Source: Rhizobium sp. (lineage in GTDB: Bacteria > Pseudomonadota > Gammaproteobacteria > Xanthomonadales > Xanthomonadaceae). From it: DNA of 64,000 nucleotides. The stretch is from the NCBI GenBank assembly GCA_019459185.1, contig JAIBEO010000017.1, positions 5,761-69,760 of the forward strand. Direction: 5' to 3'. The notes beneath the pieces are model-generated. The model searched no databases and was not told the DNA's origin. It saw only the letters and a program-made list of their open reading frames with translations. Positions within the stretch are counted from its first letter, which is position 1, and every line of letters starts with the position of its first letter. A program made the translations under genes and the position numbers. Positions 29,605-38,723 of the stretch are shown one piece after another.

Positions 29605-31169
29605 GCTTCAAGCTGACCTACGCCACCATGTTCAACCCGCCGGCGGAAATGCACAGCCGCTTCGACGAGGCTCTGCGGGAGGTCGAGCAGTCGCTGGGTG
29701 CCCGCCACCGGCTGCACCTCAACGGCGAGGACGTCGCCGGCGTGGAGGACGACGAACGCCGCAGCCCCATCGACCAGCGCCGCGTGCTGGGCCACTTCGC
29801 CGTGGCCAGCGCCAACCAGGCGCGGCAGGCGGTGGAAGCAGCGCACGCCGCCTTCCCGGCCTGGCGCGCCACGCCCTGGCCCGAGCGCGTGCGCCTGCTC
29901 AAGCGCGTGGCGGCGCTGATCGAGGAGCGCGTGTACCTCATCGCCGCCGCGCTCACGCTGGAAGTGGGCAAGAACCGCATGGAAGCGCTGGGCGAAGTGC
30001 AGGAAACCGCCGACTTCTTCCGCCTCTACGCCGAGGAGTTCGAGCACAGGAACGGCTTCGACATCCCGCTGCCCGACGACCCGCTCGAGGGCTGGTCCTC
30101 GCACAACCGCAGCGTGCTGCGGCCGCACGGCGCCTGGGTGGTGATCGCGCCCTTCAACTTCCCGTTCGCGCTGGCCGGCGGCCCGGTGGCCGCGGCCCTG
30201 GTGACCGGCAACACCGTGGTCTTCAAGGGCGCCAGCGAAACGCCCTGGGCCGGCCGCCTGCTGGCCGACTGCCTGCGCGACGCCGGTTTCCCGCGCGGCG
30301 TGTTCCACTTCCTCAACGGCAGCGGCAACGAAGTGGGCCAGGCCCTGGTGCACCACCCGCGCACGGCCGGCATCACCTTCACCGGTTCCTTCGACGTGGG
30401 CATGCGGATCTACCGCAGCCTGGCCAACGGCCCCTGGCCGCGGCCCTGCATCACCGAGATGGGCGGCAAGAACGCCTGCATCGTCACCGCCAACGCCGAC
30501 CTCGAGCGCGCCGCCACCGGCATCGTGCGTTCGGCCTTCGGCATGGGCGGGCAGAAGTGTTCGGCGCTCTCGCGCCTGTACGTGGACGAGACGGTGGCCG
30601 AGGCGCTGGTGCTGAAGCTCAAGGCCAGGATGGCGGCCATTGCCCTGGGCGATCCCTGCCGGCAGGAAAACTGGCTGGGCCCGGTCACCACGCGCCGTGC
30701 CTACGACAACTTCGCGCGCTGCGTGGCGGCGATCACCCGCGACGGCGGCCGCGTGCTGGCCGGCGGCGAACGGCTCACCGAAGGCGAGCTGGCCCATGGC
30801 TTCTACGTGCAGCCGACGCTGGCCGAGGCGCCGGCCACGCACCCGCTGTTCCGCGAGGAAATGTTCCTGCCCATCCTGATGCTGCACCGCGTGCAGGACA
30901 TCGGCCAGGCCGTGCAGCTGGCCAATGAATCGCCACTGGGCCTCACCGCCGGCTGCTACGGCAGCGACGCCGACCTGGCCTATTTCTGGGACAACATCGA
31001 GGCCGGCGTCACTTACGCCAACCGGCCGCAGGGCGCCACCACCGGCGCCTGGCCGGGCTACCAGCCCTTCGGCGGCTGGAAGGGCTCGGGCAGCACCGGT
31101 AAGGCCATCGCCTCCTTCTATTACCTGGCCCAGTACCAGCGCGAGCAGTCGCGCACGGTGGTCGAATGA
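29601..31169 (+). CDS. Aldehyde dehydrogenase, 1-pyrroline-5-carboxylate dehydrogenase (RocA/PutA-ALDH)-like
   Basis: IAPFNFP, ITFTGS, TEMGGKN (Glu), GQKCSA (Cys), EEMFLP, YANR..GATTGAWPGYQPFGGWKGSG; ATGA overlaps with both neighbours. Confidence 0.85.
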   Translation: MSFKLTYATMFNPPAEMHSRFDEALREVEQSLGARHRLHLNGEDVAGVEDDERRSPIDQRRVLGHFAVASANQARQAVEAAHAAFPAWRATPWPERVRLLKRVAALIEERVYLIAAALTLEVGKNRMEALGEVQETADFFRLYAEEFEHRNGFDIPLPDDPLEGWSSHNRSVLRPHGAWVVIAPFNFPFALAGGPVAAALVTGNTVVFKGASETPWAGRLLADCLRDAGFPRGVFHFLNGSGNEVGQALVHHPRTAGITFTGSFDVGMRIYRSLANGPWPRPCITEMGGKNACIVTANADLERAATGIVRSAFGMGGQKCSALSRLYVDETVAEALVLKLKARMAAIALGDPCRQENWLGPVTTRRAYDNFARCVAAITRDGGRVLAGGERLTEGELAHGFYVQPTLAEAPATHPLFREEMFLPILMLHRVQDIGQAVQLANESPLGLTAGCYGSDADLAYFWDNIEAGVTYANRPQGATTGAWPGYQPFGGWKGSGSTGKAIASFYYLAQYQREQSRTVVE

Positions 31170-32020
31170 AGACGCCGCGGCTGTCGCTGGCCGAGGCGAT
31201 GGCGGACTTCGTGCGCGACGGCGACTGCGTCGCGCTCGAGGGTTTCACCCACCTGATCCCGTTCGCGGCCGGGCATGAGCTGATCCGCCAGGGCCGGAAG
31301 AACCTGCACCTGGTGCGCATGACGCCGGATCTCATCTACGACCAGCTGATCGGCATGGGCTGCGCGCGCCGGCTCACCTTCTCCTGGGGTGGAAATCCCG
31401 GCGTCGGTTCGCTGCACCGCCTGCGCGACGCCGTCGAACACGCCTGGCCAGCGCCGCTGGAGCTCGACGAGCACAGCCACGCCGGCATGGCCGCCGCCTA
31501 CACCGCCGGCGCCGCGAAACTTCCCTTCGGCCTGCTGCGCGGCTACCTGGGCACCGACCTGCCGGCGAACAACCCGCGCATCCGCCGGGTGGAATGCCCG
31601 TTCACCGGCGAAATGCTGGCCGCGGTTCCCGCCATCAACCCTGACGTCACCGTGCTGCACGCGCAGCGCGCCGACCGCAAGGGCAATGTCTCGATCCACG
31701 GCATCGTCGGCGCCCAGCGCGAAGCCGCGCTGGCCGCGAAGAAGCTGGTCGTCACCGTGGAAGAGCTGGTGGACGAACTGCCGCCGGCCATGAACGCCGT
31801 GGTGCTGCCGCACTGGGTGGTCAGCGCCGTGGTGCACTGCCCGGGCGGCGCCTACCCGTCCTACGCGCACGGCTGCTACGAGCGCGACAACGCCTTCTAC
31901 CAACGCTGGGACGCCATCGCCCGCGACCGCGCCGCCTTCCAGGCCTGGATGCACGAGCACGTGCGGGGCCTGCCCGACCACGGCGCCTACCTGGCCTGCC
32001 TGAAAGCGAAGGCCGCATGA
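31166..32020 (+). CDS. 3-oxoadipate CoA-transferase subunit A (CatI/GctA-like family)
   Basis: ALEGFTHLIP, VRMTPDLIYD, FSWGGNPGVGSLHRLRDAVE, characteristic of CatI-type subunits. Confidence 0.85.
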   Translation: MKTPRLSLAEAMADFVRDGDCVALEGFTHLIPFAAGHELIRQGRKNLHLVRMTPDLIYDQLIGMGCARRLTFSWGGNPGVGSLHRLRDAVEHAWPAPLELDEHSHAGMAAAYTAGAAKLPFGLLRGYLGTDLPANNPRIRRVECPFTGEMLAAVPAINPDVTVLHAQRADRKGNVSIHGIVGAQREAALAAKKLVVTVEELVDELPPAMNAVVLPHWVVSAVVHCPGGAYPSYAHGCYERDNAFYQRWDAIARDRAAFQAWMHEHVRGLPDHGAYLACLKAKAA

Positions 32021-32802
32021 GCGCCTGGACCCGCGACGAAATGATGACCGTGGCCGCGGCCCGCCTGCTGTGGGACGACTGCGTGTGTTTCGTCGGCATC
32101 GGCCTGCCCAGCGCCGCCTGCAACCTGGCGCGGCTGACGCACGCGCCCGACGTGGTGCTGGTCTACGAATCGGGCACGCTGGGCACCCGCCCCGACGTGC
32201 TGCCGCTGTCGATCGGCGACGGCGAACTGGCCGACACCGCTGCCTGCGTGGTGCCGCTGCCGGAAGTGTTCGCCTTCTACCTGCAGGGCGGCCGGGTGGA
32301 CGTGGGTTTCCTGGGCGCCGCGCAGATCGATCGCTTCGGCAACCTCAATTCCACCGTCATCGGCGATTACGCGCAGCCGTCCACCCGCCTGCCCGGTGCC
32401 GGTGGCGCGCCCGAGATCGCCACGCACGCGCGCCAGACCTTCGTGCTGATGAAGGCCAGCCCGCGCAGCTTCGTCGAACAGCTCGACTTCCGCACCAGCG
32501 CCGGTTTCCTGGGCGGCGACGGCGAACGCGCGCGTTGCGGTGCGCCCGGCGGCGGCCCGCAGGCGGTGATCACCGACTTCGGCGTGTTGCGGCCGATGCC
32601 GGGGCGCCAGGAGCTGCAGCTGGTGGCGCTGTACGAAGGCGTGGACGTGGCCGAAGCCCGGGCCGCCGTCGGCTGGCCGCTGGCCGTGGCCGACACGCTC
32701 GAACGCCTGCCGCCGCCAACCGAGACCGAACTCACCGCCCTGCGCCAGCTGCAGGCCCGCACCGCCGAGGCGCACCGACGCCCGGTGCGGCTGCCGGGCT
32801 GA
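32017..32802 (+). CDS. 3-oxoadipate CoA-transferase subunit B (CatJ/GctB-like family)
   Basis: FVGIGLPS, VLVYESGT (catalytic Glu), FLGAAQIDRFGNLNST, RLPGAGGAPEIA. Confidence 0.85.
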   Translation: MSAWTRDEMMTVAAARLLWDDCVCFVGIGLPSAACNLARLTHAPDVVLVYESGTLGTRPDVLPLSIGDGELADTAACVVPLPEVFAFYLQGGRVDVGFLGAAQIDRFGNLNSTVIGDYAQPSTRLPGAGGAPEIATHARQTFVLMKASPRSFVEQLDFRTSAGFLGGDGERARCGAPGGGPQAVITDFGVLRPMPGRQELQLVALYEGVDVAEARAAVGWPLAVADTLERLPPPTETELTALRQLQARTAEAHRRPVRLPG

Positions 32803-32833
32803 GCGCGCGACACCACTTCACGAAGGACCCGCC

Positions 32834-34156
32834 ATGAGCCATCCGCACCTCCACACCGAACTGCCGGGTCCCAAGGCCCGCGCCATGATCGAGCGCGACG
32901 CGGCGGTCATTTCGCCGTCCTACCCGCGCGACTACCCGTTCGTGATGTCGCACGGCCGCGGCACCGAGGTCTGGGACGTCGACGGCAACCGCTTCCTCGA
33001 CTTCATGGCCGGCATCGCCGTCTGCGCCACTGGCCACGCGAATCCGGCGGTGGTGAAGGCGGTGCAGGGCGCGGCGGAAAAATTCCTGCACATCTCCAGC
33101 GACTACTGGCACGAGGAAATGGTGGGCCTGGGCGAACGCCTGGCGGCGGTGGCGCCGATGGGCGAACCGGCCATGAGCTTCATCTGCCAATCCGGCACCG
33201 AGGCGGTGGAAGGCGCGCTCAAGCTGGCGCGCTACGTCACCGGGCGGCCGCGCTTCATCGGCTTCCTGGGCGGTTTCCACGGTCGCACCATGGGCTCGCT
33301 CAGCTTCACCTCCAGCAAGTACACCCAGCAGAAGGGCTTCGCCACCACGCTGGCCGGCGTCACCCACGTGCCTTACCCGAACCCGTACCGGCCGCTGTTC
33401 GCCGGCGATGACCAGGGCGAGGCGGTGCTGGAGTACATCCGCATGCTGTTCCAGCGCAGCGTGCCGCCGAGCGAAGTGGCGGCCATGCTGATCGAACCCA
33501 TGCAGGGCGAGGGCGGCTACCTGACGCCGCCCGACGGTTTCCTGGCCGGCCTGCGCGCGCTCTGCGACGAACACGGCATCCTTCTCATTTTCGACGAAGT
33601 GCAGTCGGGCATCGGCCGTACCGGCCGCATGTTCGCCAGCGAACACTGGGGCGTGCAGCCCGACATCATGAGCCTGGCCAAGGGCCTGGGCTCGGGCCTG
33701 CCCATCGGCGCGGTGGTGGCGAAGCGCAGCCTGATGCAGCAGTGGAAGCGCGGTGCGCACGGCAACACCTACGGCGGCAATCCCATCACCTGCGCGGCCG
33801 CCAATGCCACGCTCGACCTGGTGCGCGGCGGCCTGGTGGACAACGCGGCGCGCGTGGGCGAGCACTTCCTGGCCCGCCTGCGCGAGCTGCAGCGCGACTA
33901 CCCCTGCATCGGCGACGTGCGCGGCAAGGGCCTGTGGATCGGCATGGAGCTGGTGGAAAACGACGCGAAGAAAACCCCGGCCGCGGCCCTGTGCGACGCG
34001 GTGGTCACGCGCGCCTTCCACAACGGCCTGCTGCTGCTGTCCTGCGGCACCAGCACGGTGCGCTTCATGCCGCCGCTGACGGTGACGGTGGCGGAAGTGG
34101 ACGAGGCGATGGCGATGCTGAAAGCCAGCCTCGACCAGGCATTGGCGGGGCGCTGA
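32834..34156 (+). CDS. Class-III PLP aminotransferase (GabT/ornithine-lysine omega-aminotransferase-like)
   Basis: LPGPKARAMIERD, FLDFMAGIAV..TGH, QSGTEAVEGALK, FHGRT, EPMQGEGG, IFDEVQSGIGRTG, SLAKG, GNTYGGNP. Confidence 0.88.
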   Translation: MSHPHLHTELPGPKARAMIERDAAVISPSYPRDYPFVMSHGRGTEVWDVDGNRFLDFMAGIAVCATGHANPAVVKAVQGAAEKFLHISSDYWHEEMVGLGERLAAVAPMGEPAMSFICQSGTEAVEGALKLARYVTGRPRFIGFLGGFHGRTMGSLSFTSSKYTQQKGFATTLAGVTHVPYPNPYRPLFAGDDQGEAVLEYIRMLFQRSVPPSEVAAMLIEPMQGEGGYLTPPDGFLAGLRALCDEHGILLIFDEVQSGIGRTGRMFASEHWGVQPDIMSLAKGLGSGLPIGAVVAKRSLMQQWKRGAHGNTYGGNPITCAAANATLDLVRGGLVDNAARVGEHFLARLRELQRDYPCIGDVRGKGLWIGMELVENDAKKTPAAALCDAVVTRAFHNGLLLLSCGTSTVRFMPPLTVTVAEVDEAMAMLKASLDQALAGR

Positions 34157-34159
34157 GCC

Positions 34160-36682
34160 ATGCGCACCCGCCTGCTCCTGCTGCTCGCGGCCCTCCTGCC
34201 GGCCCCGGCGGCGCAGGCGGGGCGGGAACCGGTGCTGCCCCAGGTTAAGCTGCCGCACAGCTACTACTGGCGCGAACTCTACCTGCCGCAGCTCACCACC
34301 GGCCCCTCGGCCGCGGCCTTCCTGCCCGATGGCCAGGGGCTGGTGTACAGCATGGAGGGTTCGCTCTGGCGCCAGGCGCTGGGTGAAGACCTGGCCACCG
34401 AACTCACGCATCCGCGCGGCGCCTACGACCACCAGCCCGACGTGGCCCCCGACGGCGCCAGCGTGGTGTTCACCCGCTACGACGGCGCGGCGTTGGAGCT
34501 GTGGCGCCTGGACCTGCGCAGCGGCCGCGAGCAGCGGCTGACCAGCGAAGGCGCGGTGAACGTGGAGCCGCGGATTGCCCCTGATGGCCGCCGCCTGGCC
34601 TGGGTGTCCACCCGCGGCAACGGCAACTTCAACCTGTACGTGGCCGAGCTTGGCCCCGCCGGCCTGTCGAACGTGCACGCGCTGCTGGGCGAACGCCGCA
34701 GCGCCATCGACCGCTACTACTACGCGCCGGTGGACCACGCCATCAATCCCTCGTGGTCGCCCGACGGCGAAACTCTCTATTACGTCGCCAACCCGGAAGT
34801 GGCCTGGGGCAGCGGCGATGTGTGGGCCGTGCCGGTGGCCGACCCGGCCGCACGGCGCCGCGTTCATGCCGAAGAAACGAGCTGGGCCGCCCGCCCCGAA
34901 CTCGCGCCCGACGGCAAGCGCCTGCTGTATTCGGGCTACCGTGGCCGCCAGTGGCACCAGCTGTGGCTGACCACGCCCCGGGGCGTGCCGCCGCTGCCGC
35001 TGAGCTTCGGCGAATTCGACCGGCGTTATGCGCGCTGGTCGCCCAACGGCCAGCGCATCGCCTACGTGGACAACCGCGACGGCGGCACCGCGCTGCGGGT
35101 GATGGATGTCATTGGCGGCCGCACCGAAACCGTGCAGGCCGCGCGCCGCGAAACCTTGTCGCCGCAGGGCACGCTGGTGCTCGACATCCGCGACGGTGCC
35201 GGCCAGCGCGTGCCGGCGCGCGTGTCGGTCACCGGCAGCGACGGCCGCGCGCACGCCCCGGCCGAGGCCTGGCTGCACGCCGACGACGGCTTCGACCGCG
35301 CGACCCAGGCCACCGAGACGCATTATTTCCACTGCGCGCCGCCCTGCCGGCTGCAACTGCCCACCGGCGCGGCGCAGGTCACGGTGCGGCGTGGTTTCGA
35401 AACCCTGCCGTGGAGCGCCACCGTCGACGTGGCGCCGGGCCTGGGCAAACCCGTCATCGCGCGCCTGCAGGCGCAGCCGCTGCCGACGGAATATGGCGAG
35501 TTCGTCAGCGCCGACCTGCACGTGCACATGAACTACGGCGGCCACTACCGGCACACGCCGGAAACGCTGGTGCGCCAGGCCGAGGCCGAAGACCTCGACA
35601 TCGTGCACAACCTGGTGGTGAACAAGGAAGAACGCATCCCCGACATCGCCGCCTTCCGCACGGGCGTGGACCCGGCCAGCAACGCCGCCGTCACCCTGCT
35701 GCAGGGCCAGGAGTACCACACCAGCTTCTGGGGCCACCTGGGCCTGCTGCAGCTGCGCAGCCACTACCTCACGCCCGATTTTTCCGCCTACCGTCACACC
35801 GCACTGGCCAGTCCGTACCCCCACAACGGCGTCATCGCCGATCTCGCGCACGAACAGGGCGCGCTGGTGGGTTACGTGCATCCCTTCGACTGGGATCCGG
35901 ACCCGGCGAAGGAAACCGGCCTGAGCCACCAGCTGCCCGCCGACGCCATGCACCGCAAGGCGGACTACATCGAGGTCGTGGGTTTTTCCGACCACCGCGC
36001 CACCGCCGGCGTCTGGTACCGCCTGCTCAACCTGGGCCTGCGCGTTTCCGCCGGCGCCGGCACCGATGCGATGGCGAACTACGCCTCGCTGCGCGGCCCG
36101 GTCGGACTTAACCGCGTGTTCCTGGACACCGCGGGCAGCCGCGACCCGGACACCGCGCTGGCCGCGCTGCGCAAGGGCGAAGGTTTCGCCAGCAACGGCC
36201 CGCTGCTGGGCCTGCTGGTGGACGGCCGCAAGCCGGGCGCCGAACTGCCGGCGGGCCGGCACGCCTTCCGCCTGGCCCTGCGTTCGCCGGTGCCGGTGCA
36301 GCACCTGGAGCTGGTGCACAACGGCCGCGTGGTGAAGGCCTTCGATCTCAAGGGCGACCGCCGCACGCTCGATGCCGAAGGCGAACTCGAGCTCGGCGAC
36401 GGCTGGCTGCTGCTGCGCGCCTGGAACGAACAGGCCGACCCGGGCGTGCTCGACCTTTACCCGTACGCCACCACCAACCCGGTGTGGATCGGCAGCGGCC
36501 GCGCCAGCGAAAACGTGCGCGGCGACGCGGCCTATTTCGTCGCCTGGCTCGACCGCGTGATTGCCAACGCCCGGGCGCGCGAGCCCGACTTCAACGACGC
36601 CGGCGAATTCGGCGCCACGCTCGACTACCTGCGCGCCGCCCGCGCGCGTTACGCCGCCCTGGCCGCGGGGAGCACGGAATGA
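34160..36682 (+). CDS. Secreted CehA/McbA-family (PHP-like) metallohydrolase with N-terminal TolB/PD40 beta-propeller
   Basis: Signal peptide; repeated P.W/.SPDG motifs; DLHVHMNY, GQEYH, YVHP, AGTD metal-ligand pattern. Confidence 0.72.
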   Translation: MRTRLLLLLAALLPAPAAQAGREPVLPQVKLPHSYYWRELYLPQLTTGPSAAAFLPDGQGLVYSMEGSLWRQALGEDLATELTHPRGAYDHQPDVAPDGASVVFTRYDGAALELWRLDLRSGREQRLTSEGAVNVEPRIAPDGRRLAWVSTRGNGNFNLYVAELGPAGLSNVHALLGERRSAIDRYYYAPVDHAINPSWSPDGETLYYVANPEVAWGSGDVWAVPVADPAARRRVHAEETSWAARPELAPDGKRLLYSGYRGRQWHQLWLTTPRGVPPLPLSFGEFDRRYARWSPNGQRIAYVDNRDGGTALRVMDVIGGRTETVQAARRETLSPQGTLVLDIRDGAGQRVPARVSVTGSDGRAHAPAEAWLHADDGFDRATQATETHYFHCAPPCRLQLPTGAAQVTVRRGFETLPWSATVDVAPGLGKPVIARLQAQPLPTEYGEFVSADLHVHMNYGGHYRHTPETLVRQAEAEDLDIVHNLVVNKEERIPDIAAFRTGVDPASNAAVTLLQGQEYHTSFWGHLGLLQLRSHYLTPDFSAYRHTALASPYPHNGVIADLAHEQGALVGYVHPFDWDPDPAKETGLSHQLPADAMHRKADYIEVVGFSDHRATAGVWYRLLNLGLRVSAGAGTDAMANYASLRGPVGLNRVFLDTAGSRDPDTALAALRKGEGFASNGPLLGLLVDGRKPGAELPAGRHAFRLALRSPVPVQHLELVHNGRVVKAFDLKGDRRTLDAEGELELGDGWLLLRAWNEQADPGVLDLYPYATTNPVWIGSGRASENVRGDAAYFVAWLDRVIANARAREPDFNDAGEFGATLDYLRAARARYAALAAGSTE

Positions 36683-38709
36683 AGCTGCACCACTGCGCCA
36701 CCCTGCTGCTGGCCATCACGCTGCCGGCGTTCGCGGCGACCCCGGGCCTGTCGCCGGCCGACTACGACCGGCTCGTGGACCTCACCGAACCCGACCTGAG
36801 CGCCGACGGCCGCTGGGTGGTGTACACCGCCAGCACCGCCAACGTCGAGGAAGACCTCAACCAGTCCGACCTGTGGCGCGTGGCCTTCGACGGCGGCGAA
36901 CCGAATCAACTCACCGACACGCCGGAACACAGCGAATGGCGGCCGCAGTGGTCGCCCGACGGCCAACGCCTGGCCTTCCTGTCCGACCGCCCGCACGGGC
37001 GCGGCGAGGACGCCGACGACACGGTGCAGGTGTGGCTGATGAAGGCCGGCGGCGGCCGCGCGCGTCGCGTCACCGGCCTGCCGGGCGGCGTCGAGGATTT
37101 CGCCTGGTCGCCCGATGGCCGGCGCCTGGTGGTGGTGGCCTGGGACCCCGAGCGCCCGGCCGGCGCGCCCGAGCCGAAACAGCCGCCGCCCATCGTCACC
37201 ACGCGCTACCAGTTCAAGGAAGACGGCACCGGCTACCTCACCCACCTGCGCAAACATCTGTACCTGGTGGACGTGGCCAGCGGCCGCGCCACCCAGCTCA
37301 CGCAGGGCGACACCGACGAAATGCTGCCGGCCTGGTCGCCGGACGGCAAAACCATCGCCTTCGTCAGCAAGCGTGGCGCCGACCCGGACCGCCACCTCAA
37401 CACCGACCTGTTCCTGATCGCGCCCGAAGCCGGCGCCAGCGCGCGCCAGCTAACCACCTTCATTGGCGCCGACCTCGACCCCTACTGGGAAACGCGGCCC
37501 ACCTGGAGCCCCGATTCCAGCCGCATCGCCTACCTGCAGGGCGGCGAGGGCCAGTGGATCTACTACGCGCCCTGGCAGCTGGCGGTGGTTGATGTCGCGA
37601 CCGGAAAGGCCACGCTGCCGGCGCCCATCGACCGCTGCGTCACCAAGCCGCGCTGGTCGGCCGACGGCCGTGCGCTCTACGCACTGTTCGAACACAGCCG
37701 CGTCACCCATCTTTCGCGGGTGGATCCGTCCAGCGGGCAGGTCACGCCACTCACCGGCGGCCCACGTTTCGACTACGACCTGGACGTCGAAGGCGAACGC
37801 ATCGTCGTGCTCGGTGGCACCGACCACCAGCCTTACGCCCTGTCCGCCGTGGAGACCAGCGGCGACGGCGCGCCCGCGCTGCGTGAACTGGCCGACCATA
37901 ACCGCTGGCTGGCGCAGCGCCGGCTGGCACCGGTGGAGCCGATCTCTTTCAAGAGCGCCGACGGCACGCCGCTCGAGGGCCTCCTGGTGAAGCCGCTCGA
38001 CTACCAACCGGGCCGGCGCTACCCGACGATCCTGCGCATCCATGGCGGCCCGGTCTACCAGTACAGCCACGAGTTCATGCCCGACTGGCAGGTATACGCG
38101 GCGAAGGGTTATGCCGTGGTGGCGGTGAACCCGCGTGGCAGCTCGGGCCGCGGCTTCGACTTCGCCCGCGCCATCTACGCCGACTGGGGCAACCTGGATA
38201 CGCAGGACGTGCTGGCCGGCGTGGACCACGTGGTGGCGATGGGCGTGGCCGACCCGGCGCGGCTGGGCGTGGGTGGTTGGAGCTACGGCGGCATCCTGAC
38301 CAATTCGGTCATCGCCCGCGACGGCCGCTTCAAGGCCGCCATCGCCGGCGCCGGCGTGGCGAACGTCTACGGCCTGTACGGGCACGACCAGTACACGCGC
38401 GAATACCGGCTCGAACTGGGCAGCCCGTGGTCGCACCGCGAACAGTACGACCGCGCCAGCTTCCCCTTCCTGCACGCGAACCGCATCACCACGCCCACGC
38501 TCTACCAGTGCGCGGAGATGGACTACAACGTGCCTTGCCTGGGTTCGGAGCAGATGTACCAGGCGCTGCGGGAACTGGGCGTGCCGACCCAGCTGGTGAT
38601 CTACCCCGGCGAAAACCACGGCCTCACCGTGCCCAGCTACCTGCGCGACCGCATGCAGCGCAACCTGGACTGGTACGGGCGTTACCTGGGGCAGGGCGGC
38701 GCGAAGTGA
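36679..38709 (+). CDS. Secreted S9 family (prolyl oligopeptidase/acylaminoacyl) peptidase
   Basis: Signal peptide, PD40 repeats, IHGGP, GWSYGG nucleophile, D..V, ENHG triad His. Confidence 0.9.
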   Translation: MKLHHCATLLLAITLPAFAATPGLSPADYDRLVDLTEPDLSADGRWVVYTASTANVEEDLNQSDLWRVAFDGGEPNQLTDTPEHSEWRPQWSPDGQRLAFLSDRPHGRGEDADDTVQVWLMKAGGGRARRVTGLPGGVEDFAWSPDGRRLVVVAWDPERPAGAPEPKQPPPIVTTRYQFKEDGTGYLTHLRKHLYLVDVASGRATQLTQGDTDEMLPAWSPDGKTIAFVSKRGADPDRHLNTDLFLIAPEAGASARQLTTFIGADLDPYWETRPTWSPDSSRIAYLQGGEGQWIYYAPWQLAVVDVATGKATLPAPIDRCVTKPRWSADGRALYALFEHSRVTHLSRVDPSSGQVTPLTGGPRFDYDLDVEGERIVVLGGTDHQPYALSAVETSGDGAPALRELADHNRWLAQRRLAPVEPISFKSADGTPLEGLLVKPLDYQPGRRYPTILRIHGGPVYQYSHEFMPDWQVYAAKGYAVVAVNPRGSSGRGFDFARAIYADWGNLDTQDVLAGVDHVVAMGVADPARLGVGGWSYGGILTNSVIARDGRFKAAIAGAGVANVYGLYGHDQYTREYRLELGSPWSHREQYDRASFPFLHANRITTPTLYQCAEMDYNVPCLGSEQMYQALRELGVPTQLVIYPGENHGLTVPSYLRDRMQRNLDWYGRYLGQGGAK

Positions 38710-38723
38710 GCCGCGCCGCGCCC

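Noticed and set aside
26167-32802. Reading the pca genes as an ordinary aromatic-degradation cluster
   Set aside because: No ring-cleavage dioxygenase, cycloisomerase, decarboxylase or enol-lactone hydrolase is in the window, and catIJ are embedded among aminotransferase and ALDH genes; an upper pathway elsewhere in the genome cannot be excluded
34300-37700. Recurrent SPDG/WSPD-type repeats resembling a repeat array
   Set aside because: These are protein-level PD40 beta-propeller repeats within CDSs, not DNA repeats or CRISPR
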